Below are positions 1 to 8,994 of a stretch of DNA of 64,000 nucleotides, piece after piece. Below the pieces are notes generated by a model, which searched no databases, was not told the DNA's origin, and was given only the letters and a program-made list of their open reading frames with translations. Position 1 is the stretch's first letter; each line of letters opens with the position of its first letter. Where the stretch lies: positions 15,088-79,087 of IMG/VR virus record IMGVR_UViG_3300044734_000006, one strand, 5' to 3'. A program made the translations under genes and the position numbers. This stretch comes from a virus.

Positions 1-3000
1 ACGCCTCGTCAAGGTTGCGCTCGAACGTCTCGCGGTCCACCGGTAGGCCACGCTCTCGTGCCTCCGCTGCGACCCGTGCCTGTGTGGCGTAGGCGTCGTT
101 CCACCCAGACGGTGCGGTCGTGCTGACGGGCTCGGCATTCCTTTCCGTGCCCTCGCGCAGCCACGACGTGTCGGTGAGCGGGTTGGGGGAGCTCTGTCGC
201 GGGGCACCCGTGCTGGCCTGCTGCTCCCACATCGGCGCTGCGTCACGGAGGCGTCCAGACTGCTCACGGCCGACCGGGACCGTCTGCATCTCCCGTAGTG
301 CCGATGCCTCAGTGATCTGCTGGAGTAGGTCGGGCTCCTGCGAACCAGCCTCGAGCCGCGCACGCTCTGCGGTCGGCAGGCCAGCGTGACCGTTCCCTAC
401 CGCTCCCGCCATGTCCACGATCTCTGCGGTGACGGGCCGGCCGTCCACGCGCGTCACCACGGGCTGCGGTGCATGCTCCGGTGTGGCTGCGATTCCACGG
501 CGCTCCGCGTTGGCTGCGAACCCGTCGAACCCGTCCCGGCCTACGGCGTCGTGCGCTGGAGTATCCAGCGGCAAGGTGCGGACGTCGGCGACAGGCTGGC
601 TCTCAGGGGTGGCGACGCGGTCCTGTGTGTGTGCCTGATCGGCGGCAGCCATCCGTGCTGCGCGCTCCTCGCGCTCCGCCGGGGTATGGAGTTCGTCGCG
701 CAGATTCGGCACGACCTCGCCGTTCGCCCTACGTATGTCGTTCTCGGTGGTGCCTGGTGGCAGGCCGTTCAGGTCGTCAACCATCCACGCGTCGTTGATT
801 GGGTCAGACCGACGCTGCTCGTCCATCCGCTGAGCGAACCGCTCCAACCGGTCGTTGCGGCCCACGTCTGGATCCACCACCGCGATCTGCTCGGCGCTGT
901 GGAGTTCTCTGCGGAGGCTCCTGTTGACGCCGTTTCCCAGCGCAAGGTCGACATCGGAGTGGGACAGATGCGTGCCGAAGTCACTCTCTCGGTCGATGTC
1001 TGAGTAGTCACGCCGCCGTGCCGCTCCACTGTGCTGGATTACGGTTAGTCCTTCCGCCTCAGCCGCCTCACGGATGCGCTGTGCGGTATCTGGGGTGGCG
1101 AATCCTTCCACTGCCGCGTTCTGGTGAAAGATCGCTCCGGTCGCGCCCACGCTGTTCGCGATGCCTGGCTGCGATCCGTGGGTCACGAATCCGGCCTGGT
1201 TCATCCTGACGAGCGGATCATTGATCAGGGCTGTCTCTGGGTCCGGGTCGGGATGGCCGTTCGGATGTGCGAGATTGCCGGGCAGGAATTGCTCCGCAGT
1301 CACCTTGCCAAGGTGGTTGGTCGTCGTGGCATCGCCCCAGTCGCGGATGACGCGCTGCTCGCGAGCGGGCCTTTCCGCAGCCAACACGTCCGGTACCGAC
1401 TCCTTCACCAACCCATGCTGCTTGGCGAGAACGGACGCGGCCGTGCCCTCTTCGTGGCCGTTGATCCTGTCGACTTGCCGTAGTTCCTCAAGCGAAGGCA
1501 CTCCAACGACCTTGCCGTCCTTGTCGAGTGCGAGCGTGGAGGTGTTCGTCTCAACCCCACCGCGGAGGAATAGCGAGTTTTCTGCCGCCCTAGCCGCGCG
1601 CTGAGCACGCGGAGAGGCGACGGACTGCGACACGGCGGCTGCGTTGGCCACGGCCTCCTCGCGCTGTATGCCGTCGAGGGACCGTATTCCTCGCTGAACA
1701 CGCTGCTCCTGAGCAGGTGTCAGGGTGACAACTCCGGCAGTGTTGCGCTGCGGTGTCCGTGGCTTCCGTCCGCCGACCACGGGCACGCTGGAGCCGAGGG
1801 CGTCCGCGATGCTCGCCACGGAGGGGATGCGGCGTGGCTTGCTGGTAGGGCTCTGTGTGCTGCGGCCGCTGCTCCCGCCTCCTCCCCCGCCGTTTCGCGC
1901 TGCGCTGGCCGGTGGCGTGGCTGCGGTCCTGCTGCGTGCGTCCGGCTTGGGCGGTTGCTTCTCGCCGCATGCGCTGACTACCTTGCCGCCGATGCCGGCG
2001 ACGAACGACCCGCCGCCACCCTCGCCGACTTCCAACTCGAACAGATCGCGGACTTGACCCGTCTTCTCTCCACGCTGGTTGCGCAGCCACGAGTGGTTGC
2101 CACCACCGCCATGTCCGCCATCCAGCCGTGCGGCTTGGTACTTGGGCCGGAACGGAGACCAGACGGGGGTGATGTCCGTGCGCTCGCCAAGGGTCTCTGC
2201 GACGAGCCGTGCCCCCGTCACCAAGAACGGTGAAGCGGTCGGCAGCGGCCTCCAGTCCGGGCCGTAGTAGCCCTTCAGCAGCGCACGACGGTGGTCCTCA
2301 TCCATTCCCAGCGCCCATGGCGGGACCGTCTTGGTGTGCGGCTTGTCGCCGAAGTGCTCCGCAAGCCACTTCGCCTGAGCCTGATCGCGCCCCTCGAACG
2401 TGACGCCGCCGCCCTTATCCTCGCGTCCCGTCCAGCCCGTGAGATGCTGGCGGATGGCTTGTGCCTCTCGCCGATCGGTGGCCTTGATCGTGATGCGGTC
2501 ACCGTTTATGGTTCCGCTGCGCAGGTAGTTACCGACGAGATGCCACTCCTCGGGCGAATCCGGCGCGCCTGCGGGGATCGGAAGCGGATCGAAGTGCGTC
2601 GGCGTGGCCCACTCGTGGATCTTCGGGTTGAGCAGTCTCGGCGCCACCCATGCCGGCGATCCGTCCTTCTGACGCACCAACACGGGGTGACTGTCCGATG
2701 CCTCGATCGGTGGATGACCGTCGCCCGAGATGCGCGCAGTCGGTCCCTTGTGCCTGTGTGACTTGGTGACCTTAGCCCACCGGCCGTTGTGGTCGACGAC
2801 TTGGTCACCCTGGCGCACGTCCTCGATGAACACGATCCCGCGATCGGTCACCACGGGCGTTCCCTTGGGGAACCCCTCGGGCTTGCGCTTTCCGGGGTTA
2901 GGGATGTGTGTGGTGGCGGGGGCGGCGTTGGATTGGGTTGGCACAGACGTACCTTCATGAGCGATGGCGCTTTGCTCTTGCAGTCCGCGCCTTTGGGCTT

Positions 3001-3640
3001 CGTCGTAATGGCGTCTCTTCAGTTTCTCGGCTCGGTGGTATGCCTTCCAGCCAGTGCGCTGAGCGCGTTTGTCATCACTGTGTGCTCCAGCCCACCACTC
3101 ATTTTTGAGGCGAATGATCTCGGCCTGAGTTGCGGCGTCGGGAGGTGGTAGCAACTCCTCGCGGTGCTCGTCCTCTAGTTCGTCAATCTGGCGCTGGAAC
3201 TTCCGGTCGGCTGCATGCTTGTGGGCCAGCGCCATGGCAACGTCGCGGTCGCCATCGATGACGGCCCAGTAGAAGCGCATTTCGGGTGGAGCAGATGGTC
3301 CACGCCAAGGGTCTTCGCCACGCTGGACGGCGGCGGCGATGTCCTGTACCGCGGGGTGATCCGTTACGGCGTCCACAAGCTCGTGCGTCCACACTGCGCC
3401 CTCGTTGTCACTGAGTTCGAACCCTTGCTGTACACGCTCCCACGCATCGGGTTTGGGCGATGGAGCCTGAGCGTGGACGTCCTTGGCGTCCGTCCGGGCG
3501 TCCTCGGAACCCTCGCCGAACAGAGAGTCGACATAACGTGCATTACGCGCAGCCGCGAGTAGACGATCAACTCGCTGTTCAAGGCGCCGACGCTCGGCAA
3601 CTTGCTCGAACAGTTCGTCGCTACCGCTATGGCTGGCCAT
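1..3640 (-). CDS. Giant multidomain protein (>1200 aa, 3' end outside window) containing a degenerate intein and a possible DUF6919-like domain
   Basis: ATG at 3640 follows an AGGGGA SD and an in-frame TAG. Manual translation (MASHSGSDELFEQVAERRRLEQ...) stays open toward base 1, and the ORF track has no minus-strand ORF in this frame because no stop lies in the window. The segment DPETALINDPLVRMNQAGFVTHGSQPG...HQNAAVEGF resembles DUF6919 (from memory, unverified). Confidence 0.85.
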   Translation of the reverse strand, partial: MASHSGSDELFEQVAERRRLEQRVDRLLAAARNARYVDSLFGEGSEDARTDAKDVHAQAPSPKPDAWERVQQGFELSDNEGAVWTHELVDAVTDHPAVQDIAAAVQRGEDPWRGPSAPPEMRFYWAVIDGDRDVAMALAHKHAADRKFQRQIDELEDEHREELLPPPDAATQAEIIRLKNEWWAGAHSDDKRAQRTGWKAYHRAEKLKRRHYDEAQRRGLQEQSAIAHEGTSVPTQSNAAPATTHIPNPGKRKPEGFPKGTPVVTDRGIVFIEDVRQGDQVVDHNGRWAKVTKSHRHKGPTARISGDGHPPIEASDSHPVLVRQKDGSPAWVAPRLLNPKIHEWATPTHFDPLPIPAGAPDSPEEWHLVGNYLRSGTINGDRITIKATDRREAQAIRQHLTGWTGREDKGGGVTFEGRDQAQAKWLAEHFGDKPHTKTVPPWALGMDEDHRRALLKGYYGPDWRPLPTASPFLVTGARLVAETLGERTDITPVWSPFRPKYQAARLDGGHGGGGNHSWLRNQRGEKTGQVRDLFELEVGEGGGGSFVAGIGGKVVSACGEKQPPKPDARSRTAATPPASAARNGGGGGGSSGRSTQSPTSKPRRIPSVASIADALGSSVPVVGGRKPRTPQRNTAGVVTLTPAQEQRVQRGIRSLDGIQREEAVANAAAVSQSVASPRAQRAARAAENSLFLRGGVETNTSTLALDKDGKVVGVPSLEELRQVDRINGHEEGTAASVLAKQHGLVKESVPDVLAAERPAREQRVIRDWGDATTTNHLGKVTAEQFLPGNLAHPNGHPDPDPETALINDPLVRMNQAGFVTHGSQPGIANSVGATGAIFHQNAAVEGFATPDTAQRIREAAEAEGLTVIQHSGAARRRDYSDIDRESDFGTHLSHSDVDLALGNGVNRSLRRELHSAEQIAVVDPDVGRNDRLERFAQRMDEQRRSDPINDAWMVDDLNGLPPGTTENDIRRANGEVVPNLRDELHTPAEREERAARMAAADQAHTQDRVATPESQPVADVRTLPLDTPAHDAVGRDGFDGFAANAERRGIAATPEHAPQPVVTRVDGRPVTAEIVDMAGAVGNGHAGLPTAERARLEAGSQEPDLLQQITEASALREMQTVPVGREQSGRLRDAAPMWEQQASTGAPRQSSPNPLTDTSWLREGTERNAEPVSTTAPSGWNDAYATQARVAAEARERGLPVDRETFERNLDEA
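1970..2875 (-). mobile_element. Degenerate intein (Hint plus LAGLIDADG-like endonuclease relic), about 302 aa, in frame
   Basis: Block A GFPKGTPVVTDRGIVFIEDVRQGDQV; block B IEASDSHPVLV; block C WHLVGNYLRSG; blocks D/E KTVPPWALG...RALLKGYYGPD; block H TASPFLVTGARLVAETLG; blocks F/G LFELEV...SFVAG...VVSA followed by +1 Cys. Confidence 0.8.
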
Positions 3641-3652
3641 CTAAGTCCCCTG

Positions 3653-3760
3653 TCAGTGGTGGTGATGCAGGGGGATGACGCCGGTCACCAGACCGGAGAG
3701 GATCAGTGTCACCACCAGCATGAGCATGGGGTGTTTGCCGAACGCGATACCAAAGAGCAC
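3653..3760 (-). CDS. 35-aa membrane peptide (MLFGIAFGKHPMLMLVVTLILSGLVTGVIPLHHHH)
   Basis: GTG after a GGGAGA SD, hydrophobic stretch, tight gene packing; below the ORF-track cutoff. Confidence 0.6.
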   Translation of the reverse strand: MLFGIAFGKHPMLMLVVTLILSGLVTGVIPLHHHH

Positions 3761-3772
3761 CCGAGTTCTCCC

Positions 3773-3952
3773 TTAGTAGTGGCCGTGGAGCCCAAATGTG
3801 TAGACGCCATACACGCCGAACATGATGAACATGGCGCTGATCACGACGGTCGGGATGACCTTCTGGCGGATCCCCTCCCTCATCGTGCCGAACCACCACC
3901 ATGCGATGTAGGCACCCATGACCGCGAAGACGAGGTCTGGTACGCGTTCCAC
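3773..3952 (-). CDS. 59-aa two-TM membrane protein
   Basis: GTG start, MERVPDLVFAVMGAYIAWWWFG...VVISAMFIMFGVYGVYTFGLHGHY; SD GGAGGGG. Confidence 0.7.
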   Translation of the reverse strand: MERVPDLVFAVMGAYIAWWWFGTMREGIRQKVIPTVVISAMFIMFGVYGVYTFGLHGHY

Positions 3953-4020
3953 CTAGACCCCTCCGCACCCACGGACGATGTAGAAGACAATCGCGAGCGG
4001 CGCACCGATCCGGGCACAGC

Positions 4021-4227
4021 TCACAGCGGGTAGATCCCGTGCGCGAAGTGGAACACGGTGACCACGAGGAAGGCGGCCACCAAGGCATGCCACCAACTCG
4101 CTCGCCTCATGGCCTCGAAGATCCCCCACACCACGCAGAGGTTGGCGAGCCAGATGTAGGAGAGGAAGACGGAACCGAAGGCCACACCGGGCTGAGCGAC
4201 TGCGGCGAGGAGGAGGGTACTGGTCAT
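4021..4227 (-). CDS. 68-aa membrane protein
   Basis: Two hydrophobic segments; ATGA overlap with the upstream gene. Confidence 0.7.
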   Translation of the reverse strand: MTSTLLLAAVAQPGVAFGSVFLSYIWLANLCVVWGIFEAMRRASWWHALVAAFLVVTVFHFAHGIYPL

Positions 4228-4481
4228 GGCGTGGTCTCCCCGTCAAATACCGCGTCCATGATCCTCACCACGTTGCGCGGTCGGTACTTGCCGTCAGATG
4301 GGCGCGGCAGATAGGCGTACTGATGGCGCCAGCGGCCATGCACGGCGACCTGTCTCCACTCGCCGAGCCGTGGATGGCAGTTCCCGGGCCGTCGCCACGT
4401 TCTGACTCGGGCGCAGTCGCTCACCTCGTAGTCGGGAGCCCACGGGATCGGTAGCCAGCGCTCCTCGGTCTCGTCGGTCAT
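4224..4481 (-). CDS. NUMOD4-domain protein without an HNH domain
   Basis: EERWLPIPWAPDYEVSDCARVRT NUMOD4 motif; start re-assigned to the ATGA overlap at 4481. Confidence 0.7.
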   Translation of the reverse strand: MTDETEERWLPIPWAPDYEVSDCARVRTWRRPGNCHPRLGEWRQVAVHGRWRHQYAYLPRPSDGKYRPRNVVRIMDAVFDGETTP

Positions 4482-4888
4482 CGCCGAGCCATGAGCAGTG
4501 CGGCGATCAGCAGGCACCCGTGGTGGAGAGCCTGATCAGCTTGGTATGGACCGTTCACCGGGGTGGACATCTCTGCGAATCCCGCCGAGCCCGTGTGTCG
4601 CAGCAGCCAGCGCACCGACCATCTCCGGTCGATGAACGCGTGCGTGGCGCTCGAGAACATCATGCCGACCAGCAGAGCCCGCAGGTTGCAGCGCATCCCC
4701 GTGGCTGCGAGCACCGCACCGACCGCCACCGCCTGCGTGGCCTGATAGCCAGCAACGTGCCCGGCCATGGCGCGCCAACTCTGCGCCTTGCGCACGGCTT
4801 GATGGTCGGTCTGAACGAGGTGGTCACCCACGTTGTGCGCGGCCCATAGCGTGGGGAGCAGCGCGGCGAACCTCAGCGCATCAGTCAT
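4478..4888 (-). CDS. DUF3307-like membrane protein
   Basis: AHNVGDHLVQT...HVAGY...THAFID...DQALH His/Asp pattern with TM helices. Confidence 0.75.
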   Translation of the reverse strand: MTDALRFAALLPTLWAAHNVGDHLVQTDHQAVRKAQSWRAMAGHVAGYQATQAVAVGAVLAATGMRCNLRALLVGMMFSSATHAFIDRRWSVRWLLRHTGSAGFAEMSTPVNGPYQADQALHHGCLLIAALLMARR

Positions 4889-5244
4889 CGCTCGCTGCCA
4901 TACTTACGAATGGGGCGCGTTCGGTTGACCCTTCGTGGAACGTACTCACCGAGCCGGTTGCGTACCCAGCCCGTGGCGCTGACACCAGTAACCTCGGAGG
5001 ACTGCTGCATGAGGTCGACGAGTACGGAGCGGTCGGTACCACGCATTTCATGCACGGTGTTCGCATACCTGCCCTGCCGTTGCCAGAGCTTCCATCCGAT
5101 CTGATGCATCCCCTTGCCGAGGCTCGCGAACTTCAACATAGGGCTGATCGCCCAGCCGTCCTCGCCGATCTGATCCCATGTGCTGATGATGGTCTCGTCT
5201 GCGGGCGATGCGTTCATCGTGGATCCTCCGCCCTCGGCAGTCAT
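4885..5244 (-). CDS. Hypothetical protein
   Basis: First gene of the leftward operon; ATGA overlap with the next gene. Confidence 0.6.
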   Translation of the reverse strand: MTAEGGGSTMNASPADETIISTWDQIGEDGWAISPMLKFASLGKGMHQIGWKLWQRQGRYANTVHEMRGTDRSVLVDLMQQSSEVTGVSATGWVRNRLGEYVPRRVNRTRPIRKYGSER

Positions 5245-5259
5245 CTACTCATCCCCGAA

Positions 5260-5399
5260 GCGGTGGGCCCGGCGGCCAAGTGCAGATCTGAGTAACGCCG
5301 CCGGGCCACCGCCATGAGAGAACGCGCGGGAGAGGGTTGCACTGCTGGTGCGCCTACGGGGAGGGAGTTGTGTCGCGCGTCCATGTTGGAGGTAGTCTA
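5260..5399 (-). promoter_or_regulatory. Extended -10 promoter (TGC-TAGACT, 5394-5399) with a structured leader
   Basis: 16-bp stem 5260-5276/5297-5312 with one bulge just upstream of the 5244 start. Confidence 0.5.
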
Positions 5400-5448
5400 G
5401 CACGACGGCGGTCCGATGGCGTGCCATTCCCATGATACGATGGAGGGC

Positions 5449-6339
5449 GTGATCGAAGTTAGCAAGACGTGGTCACTTGTGCCATGCAAGTTTCGTCCTG
5501 GAGTTTCAAGGGAGCGAGGAGTCCACGCCCAGGAGGCGCGGGCTGGCAAGTATCGCGGCGCCCATGTCTGGGCTTGGATGGATGCCAACGGCGGTGTGCC
5601 GCCTCCTAAGGGCATGTGCGTGTGCCATCACTGCGATGTTCCGCCCTGCATAGAAGCTGAGCACCTGTTCCTCGGTACATACGCTGACAACACCCATGAT
5701 GCGCAGGCCAAGGGGCGGATGCCTATCCGCGCACCGCGCCACGTAGCGCGTCGTGCTGGAACACAAACCTATGTTCGGAGTATCGCGATGCTACGATCGC
5801 CCACCGACCCGCCACTCGACCACCAAGAGAGCGCCGATGAGCCCGTTCGACGTGATCCAGCCGATCTCGCAGACGTGAGCCCTCCAACCGACCCGCACCA
5901 GCCCAGAGCGCGTAGTGTCCACTGGCCTGACGAACTTCACGTCTATGTTGCGGCCGTGGCTCGGGAGGGTGAGGTCCAGGGGTACACGCGGGCCGAGTTC
6001 AACATCTCCACCGTGGCGCGTGAGGCCCTGCATCGTCTCCGTGATCGCCTAGAGGAACCCGCCACAGCAGCCGCTGCCATCATCCGAAGCTGGCGAAAGG
6101 ATGACGATGGTACGGCGCCGCCCCCGTCCAAGGCTCGCAGTGTGTGGTGGGACGACGAGCAGCACGGGTGGCTCGAGGACGTCGTCCGCGAAGGGAAGCG
6201 TGCCGGCAGCAAGGCGTTCAACATCAGCGTGGTGGTCCGCGAGGCGCTGTACCGGTTCCGTGCCCGCTACCCGGAGCCTGCCAAGGCCGCCGAGGCGATC
6301 ATCCGGGGCTGGGAGCGAGAGGCGAAGCGCGAAGGCTAG
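5449..6339 (+). CDS. HNH endonuclease fused to two tandem ribbon-helix-helix-like repeats
   Basis: HNH: VCHHCDVPPCIEAEHLFLGTYADNTHD. Repeats: RSVHWPDELH..NISTVAREAL and RSVWWDDEQH..NISVVVREAL. GTG lies 7 nt after TACGAT. Confidence 0.75.
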   Translation: MIEVSKTWSLVPCKFRPGVSRERGVHAQEARAGKYRGAHVWAWMDANGGVPPPKGMCVCHHCDVPPCIEAEHLFLGTYADNTHDAQAKGRMPIRAPRHVARRAGTQTYVRSIAMLRSPTDPPLDHQESADEPVRRDPADLADVSPPTDPHQPRARSVHWPDELHVYVAAVAREGEVQGYTRAEFNISTVAREALHRLRDRLEEPATAAAAIIRSWRKDDDGTAPPPSKARSVWWDDEQHGWLEDVVREGKRAGSKAFNISVVVREALYRFRARYPEPAKAAEAIIRGWEREAKREG

Positions 6340-6847
6340 GCGTATCCTTTGGATACTGCGGCCCGGTCTCCGCTACCTCGTGAGGCCGAAGACTACGAGA
6401 AGGAAGATGACGACGAGCAGCAAAAGCACCCCGGCCTGACTGCTCATCGGTCCACCGGCGACATCGGCGAACACTCGGCTACTCACGCCTGACGCCTCGG
6501 CACGAACGCCCAGAACCACAACGCCAGTATCACGACCATGGTGAGCCCGGTCGCCCAGCCCAGCGGGGAGATGTAGACGGCAGCGCAGGCGACCACTCCG
6601 GCACCTACGCCGAGATCCGAGACGGTCACGCACGGCTGGCTGCGGATCATCGGTTCACGTGGGCTGTTCGGTGGCAGCCATCGTACCGCCGTGACTGTGT
6701 GGACCACGAACGTGGCAACCAACCATCACGCACCGATCACCGTCGATTATGCGCCATTCCGGAGCGTAGCGGTCTAGCAGTGCCTCTAGTTCGGCGATGC
6801 GGCCGAGGGCGCACTCGTGCTCGGCCATCGTAACGTGCGTGCTGAAC

Positions 6848-7096
6848 TCACCCACGGTCGTGCTCATGAGAACGCTCACTATCAGGAGTTCCGCGCACGA
6901 TATCCTCCCATGTCCATCCCTGCGCCGCCTTGCAGCCGGGACACAGAATACCCCGTGTCGCGTCGTACTCGTGTGTGAAGCTACAGTCGGTCAGGTCGTG
7001 TGTGCAGACGGCCCGTAGCGGGTGAACGTAGTCCCTCACGCCCTGTGGCTCGCGGAGATGCCACTCGTGCCTGACCGTGTCGAGGTAGAACGTCAT
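6848..7096 (-). CDS. Small Cys/His-rich hypothetical protein
   Basis: MTFYLDTVRHEW...; CxxC motif; coupled to the upstream gene. Confidence 0.5.
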   Translation of the reverse strand: MTFYLDTVRHEWHLREPQGVRDYVHPLRAVCTHDLTDCSFTHEYDATRGILCPGCKAAQGWTWEDIVRGTPDSERSHEHDRG

Positions 7097-7356
7097 CACT
7101 CTGCCGTCACTCCATTCGCTGCGAGCTCGAAGGCAGGGGTGAAGGCGCCGTCGCCCGGTATCCCCAGCCAGCGGTCGAGCATGTTGCCGAGATCGTAGAG
7201 CATCTGCGCCGCCCGCTCGGCGTTCGCGGTGAGGCAGCCGCACTCCACGATGGTGCCCATGCGCGTGTCGGGATCACGCTCCACGTCGTGGCCCTCGCCG
7301 CCGCATGCCTCGCAGCGTGGGTCCGCGCCGACCGTCAGGACCGGAGACAGTCTCAT
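7096..7356 (-). CDS. Small zinc-ribbon protein
   Basis: CEACGGEG...ECGC; SD GAGGGAG. Confidence 0.55.
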   Translation of the reverse strand: MRLSPVLTVGADPRCEACGGEGHDVERDPDTRMGTIVECGCLTANAERAAQMLYDLGNMLDRWLGIPGDGAFTPAFELAANGVTAE

Positions 7357-7586
7357 CGCGCTCCCTCGGTGTGCATGTCGCATTCCAACGTCGCGAAGCA
7401 GATCGGGCACTCGGGGCAGCCCTTTGGCGCCAGTTCGGACGCAGCGTGCAGGGCTGCGACGACGTAGGTGGGCAGGCTGGCCCCGTCCTCCTCAGCCCTC
7501 AGCAGCGCACCTGACGCGGCCAAGGCGACGGCGCTGGGGGTCATGGGCTGGATCTGTGCGTCGATCATCCGCAGTGCCATGGTCAT
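7353..7586 (-). CDS. Hypothetical protein with CxxCxxC
   Basis: SD AGAGG; ATGA coupling. Confidence 0.55.
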   Translation of the reverse strand: MTMALRMIDAQIQPMTPSAVALAASGALLRAEEDGASLPTYVVAALHAASELAPKGCPECPICFATLECDMHTEGAR

Positions 7587-7676
7587 GCCTCTGGGTCAAA
7601 GGCGGGAGCCGGTGTCATGCGGCCCCCGCCTCATCTGACGAGGGCTGTTCTCCTGTCCCGCCGCGGCCATGTCCCT

Positions 7677-7712
7677 CATACCGACACGATACCACGGCAT
7701 CGGAATGCCGTC
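7677..7712 (-). promoter_or_regulatory. Leaderless sigma70-type promoter with palindromic operator, copy 1
   Basis: TGGACG-17-TATCGT-6nt-ATG; spacer holds ACGGCAT-n4-ATGCCGT; 36 bp identical to 13114-13149. Confidence 0.8.
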
Positions 7713-7740
7713 CAGCACGCGTTACCGTACCGCGACGGGC

Positions 7741-8277
7741 TCAGGCGGCCAGCGCTGGATCATCGCCCCAGACCGTCCAGTTGTCGCGGGGGCGCCTAGC
7801 AAATAGTTCCGCGTACCGCATCCCCGGCCAAGTCGTCTCTACCCAGCGGTGCAGATCGTCGGGCTTCTGCGAGTGCCGCGTGGCGGGGGCGTGGATGACG
7901 CTCGGCAGTAGCAGGCCGGGCCGCGGCGCCGGGAATCGACCACGCCGGCCGAGCAGGTACACTTCGTGCTGAGAACGCAGCCACTTTCCCGTGCCAGAGC
8001 GAGGCTTCGCCCAGACGCCAGAGGTGCGGAATCGAAACCCCCACGCAGCCATGACCTCGAGTCCGAGATGCAGGCGGTTCGCGGGCACCCAGAGCAGGAG
8101 CAGGGAGTCGCGAGCCGTCAGGGCTTCCACCGGCATCGCGCAGATATCGGGTAGGGACATGGTCGCGTAGTGGCGGGTGATGGAGCGGGAGCAGGTTTTT
8201 CCGAAGCATTCTGGCCACGGATTATCTGCGATGACGATGTCGAATTGCCCCACAGGCCACGGCTGGCGCGTGCTCAC
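7741..8277 (-). CDS. MT-A70 family adenine methyltransferase
   Basis: FDIVIADNPW, YATMS, LLLWV, WGF, HSQKP, ELFAR motifs; GTG start at a GTGA overlap. Confidence 0.9.
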   Translation of the reverse strand: MSTRQPWPVGQFDIVIADNPWPECFGKTCSRSITRHYATMSLPDICAMPVEALTARDSLLLLWVPANRLHLGLEVMAAWGFRFRTSGVWAKPRSGTGKWLRSQHEVYLLGRRGRFPAPRPGLLLPSVIHAPATRHSQKPDDLHRWVETTWPGMRYAELFARRPRDNWTVWGDDPALAA

Positions 8278-8490
8278 GTCCTCTCCCGCAGCCACACGTC
8301 TACCTCGGCAGGCACGTAGGGATGCACCTCGCCCTTGCGCAGCTTCCGGCATACGGTCGGGTCGGCTGGGTCCGCAGGCTGTCCTCCGGACGTCACGGTG
8401 CGCTCTGGTAGGTCTCGGCTGCACACATCGCGGACCACGTCGGCTGCGGTGCGGACGATGGCGGTGGGCTTCCTCACTCCGTAATGGTAC

Positions 8491-8808
8491 TCACGGTGCG
8501 GGCTTGCTCTCACTCAGAGCGTCGTATGCAGCCTGTAGGTGCGCGTGACGCATGGCTGCAGAGGTTGCGTGGAGACTGCAACTATCCCACGGATCACCGC
8601 CAGCCAGCACGTCGTTGGTGCATCTGCCCTCATGTTCGCCTTGCTTGATCGCCTCACCTGCCATTCGTGCAACCCGCATCAGCGCCTCGCCGTGCTCCAC
8701 CAGCCAGTCCACGTACTCAGCCATGGCCCACAACCCACCACCGTCATCCACACCCTGCTGGCGCAACTCCTCGCCCCTAGCGAGCACGTCGTCAGTGCTG
8801 GTCATCAC
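8491..8808 (-). CDS. Hypothetical protein
   Basis: Operon packing, ATGA overlap. Confidence 0.6.
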   Translation of the reverse strand: MMTSTDDVLARGEELRQQGVDDGGGLWAMAEYVDWLVEHGEALMRVARMAGEAIKQGEHEGRCTNDVLAGGDPWDSCSLHATSAAMRHAHLQAAYDALSESKPAP

Positions 8809-8993
8809 GCCTTCCGCATGGCCCGATCGGCCTCTCGCAGGAGCCCAAGGGCATATCCAACGTAGCTAACGGCGTAGACCAACCCTACGGCGGATATGCC
8901 CCCATATATCTGGGCCGTCACGTACCAGATGCAGACGTAGGCGGTAGTGAGTATGCCGATGGCGATCCACCACGGCAGCGCTCGTAGAATCAT
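8805..8993 (-). CDS. Small two-TM membrane protein
   Basis: Hydrophobic; SD GGAGGAG. Confidence 0.65.
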   Translation of the reverse strand: MILRALPWWIAIGILTTAYVCIWYVTAQIYGGISAVGLVYAVSYVGYALGLLREADRAMRKA

Positions 8994-8994
8994 G

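Noticed and set aside
120-3562. Many plus-strand ORFs in the ORF track
   Set aside because: Antisense shadows of the single giant minus-strand ORF.
1-3640. Giant ORF as tape measure protein
   Set aside because: Opposite strand to the structural operon, lies in an accessory operon and shows no tape-measure periodicity.
7625-7670. CTGACGA hammerhead-like core on the plus strand
   Set aside because: No GAAA or stem III; antisense to local transcription.
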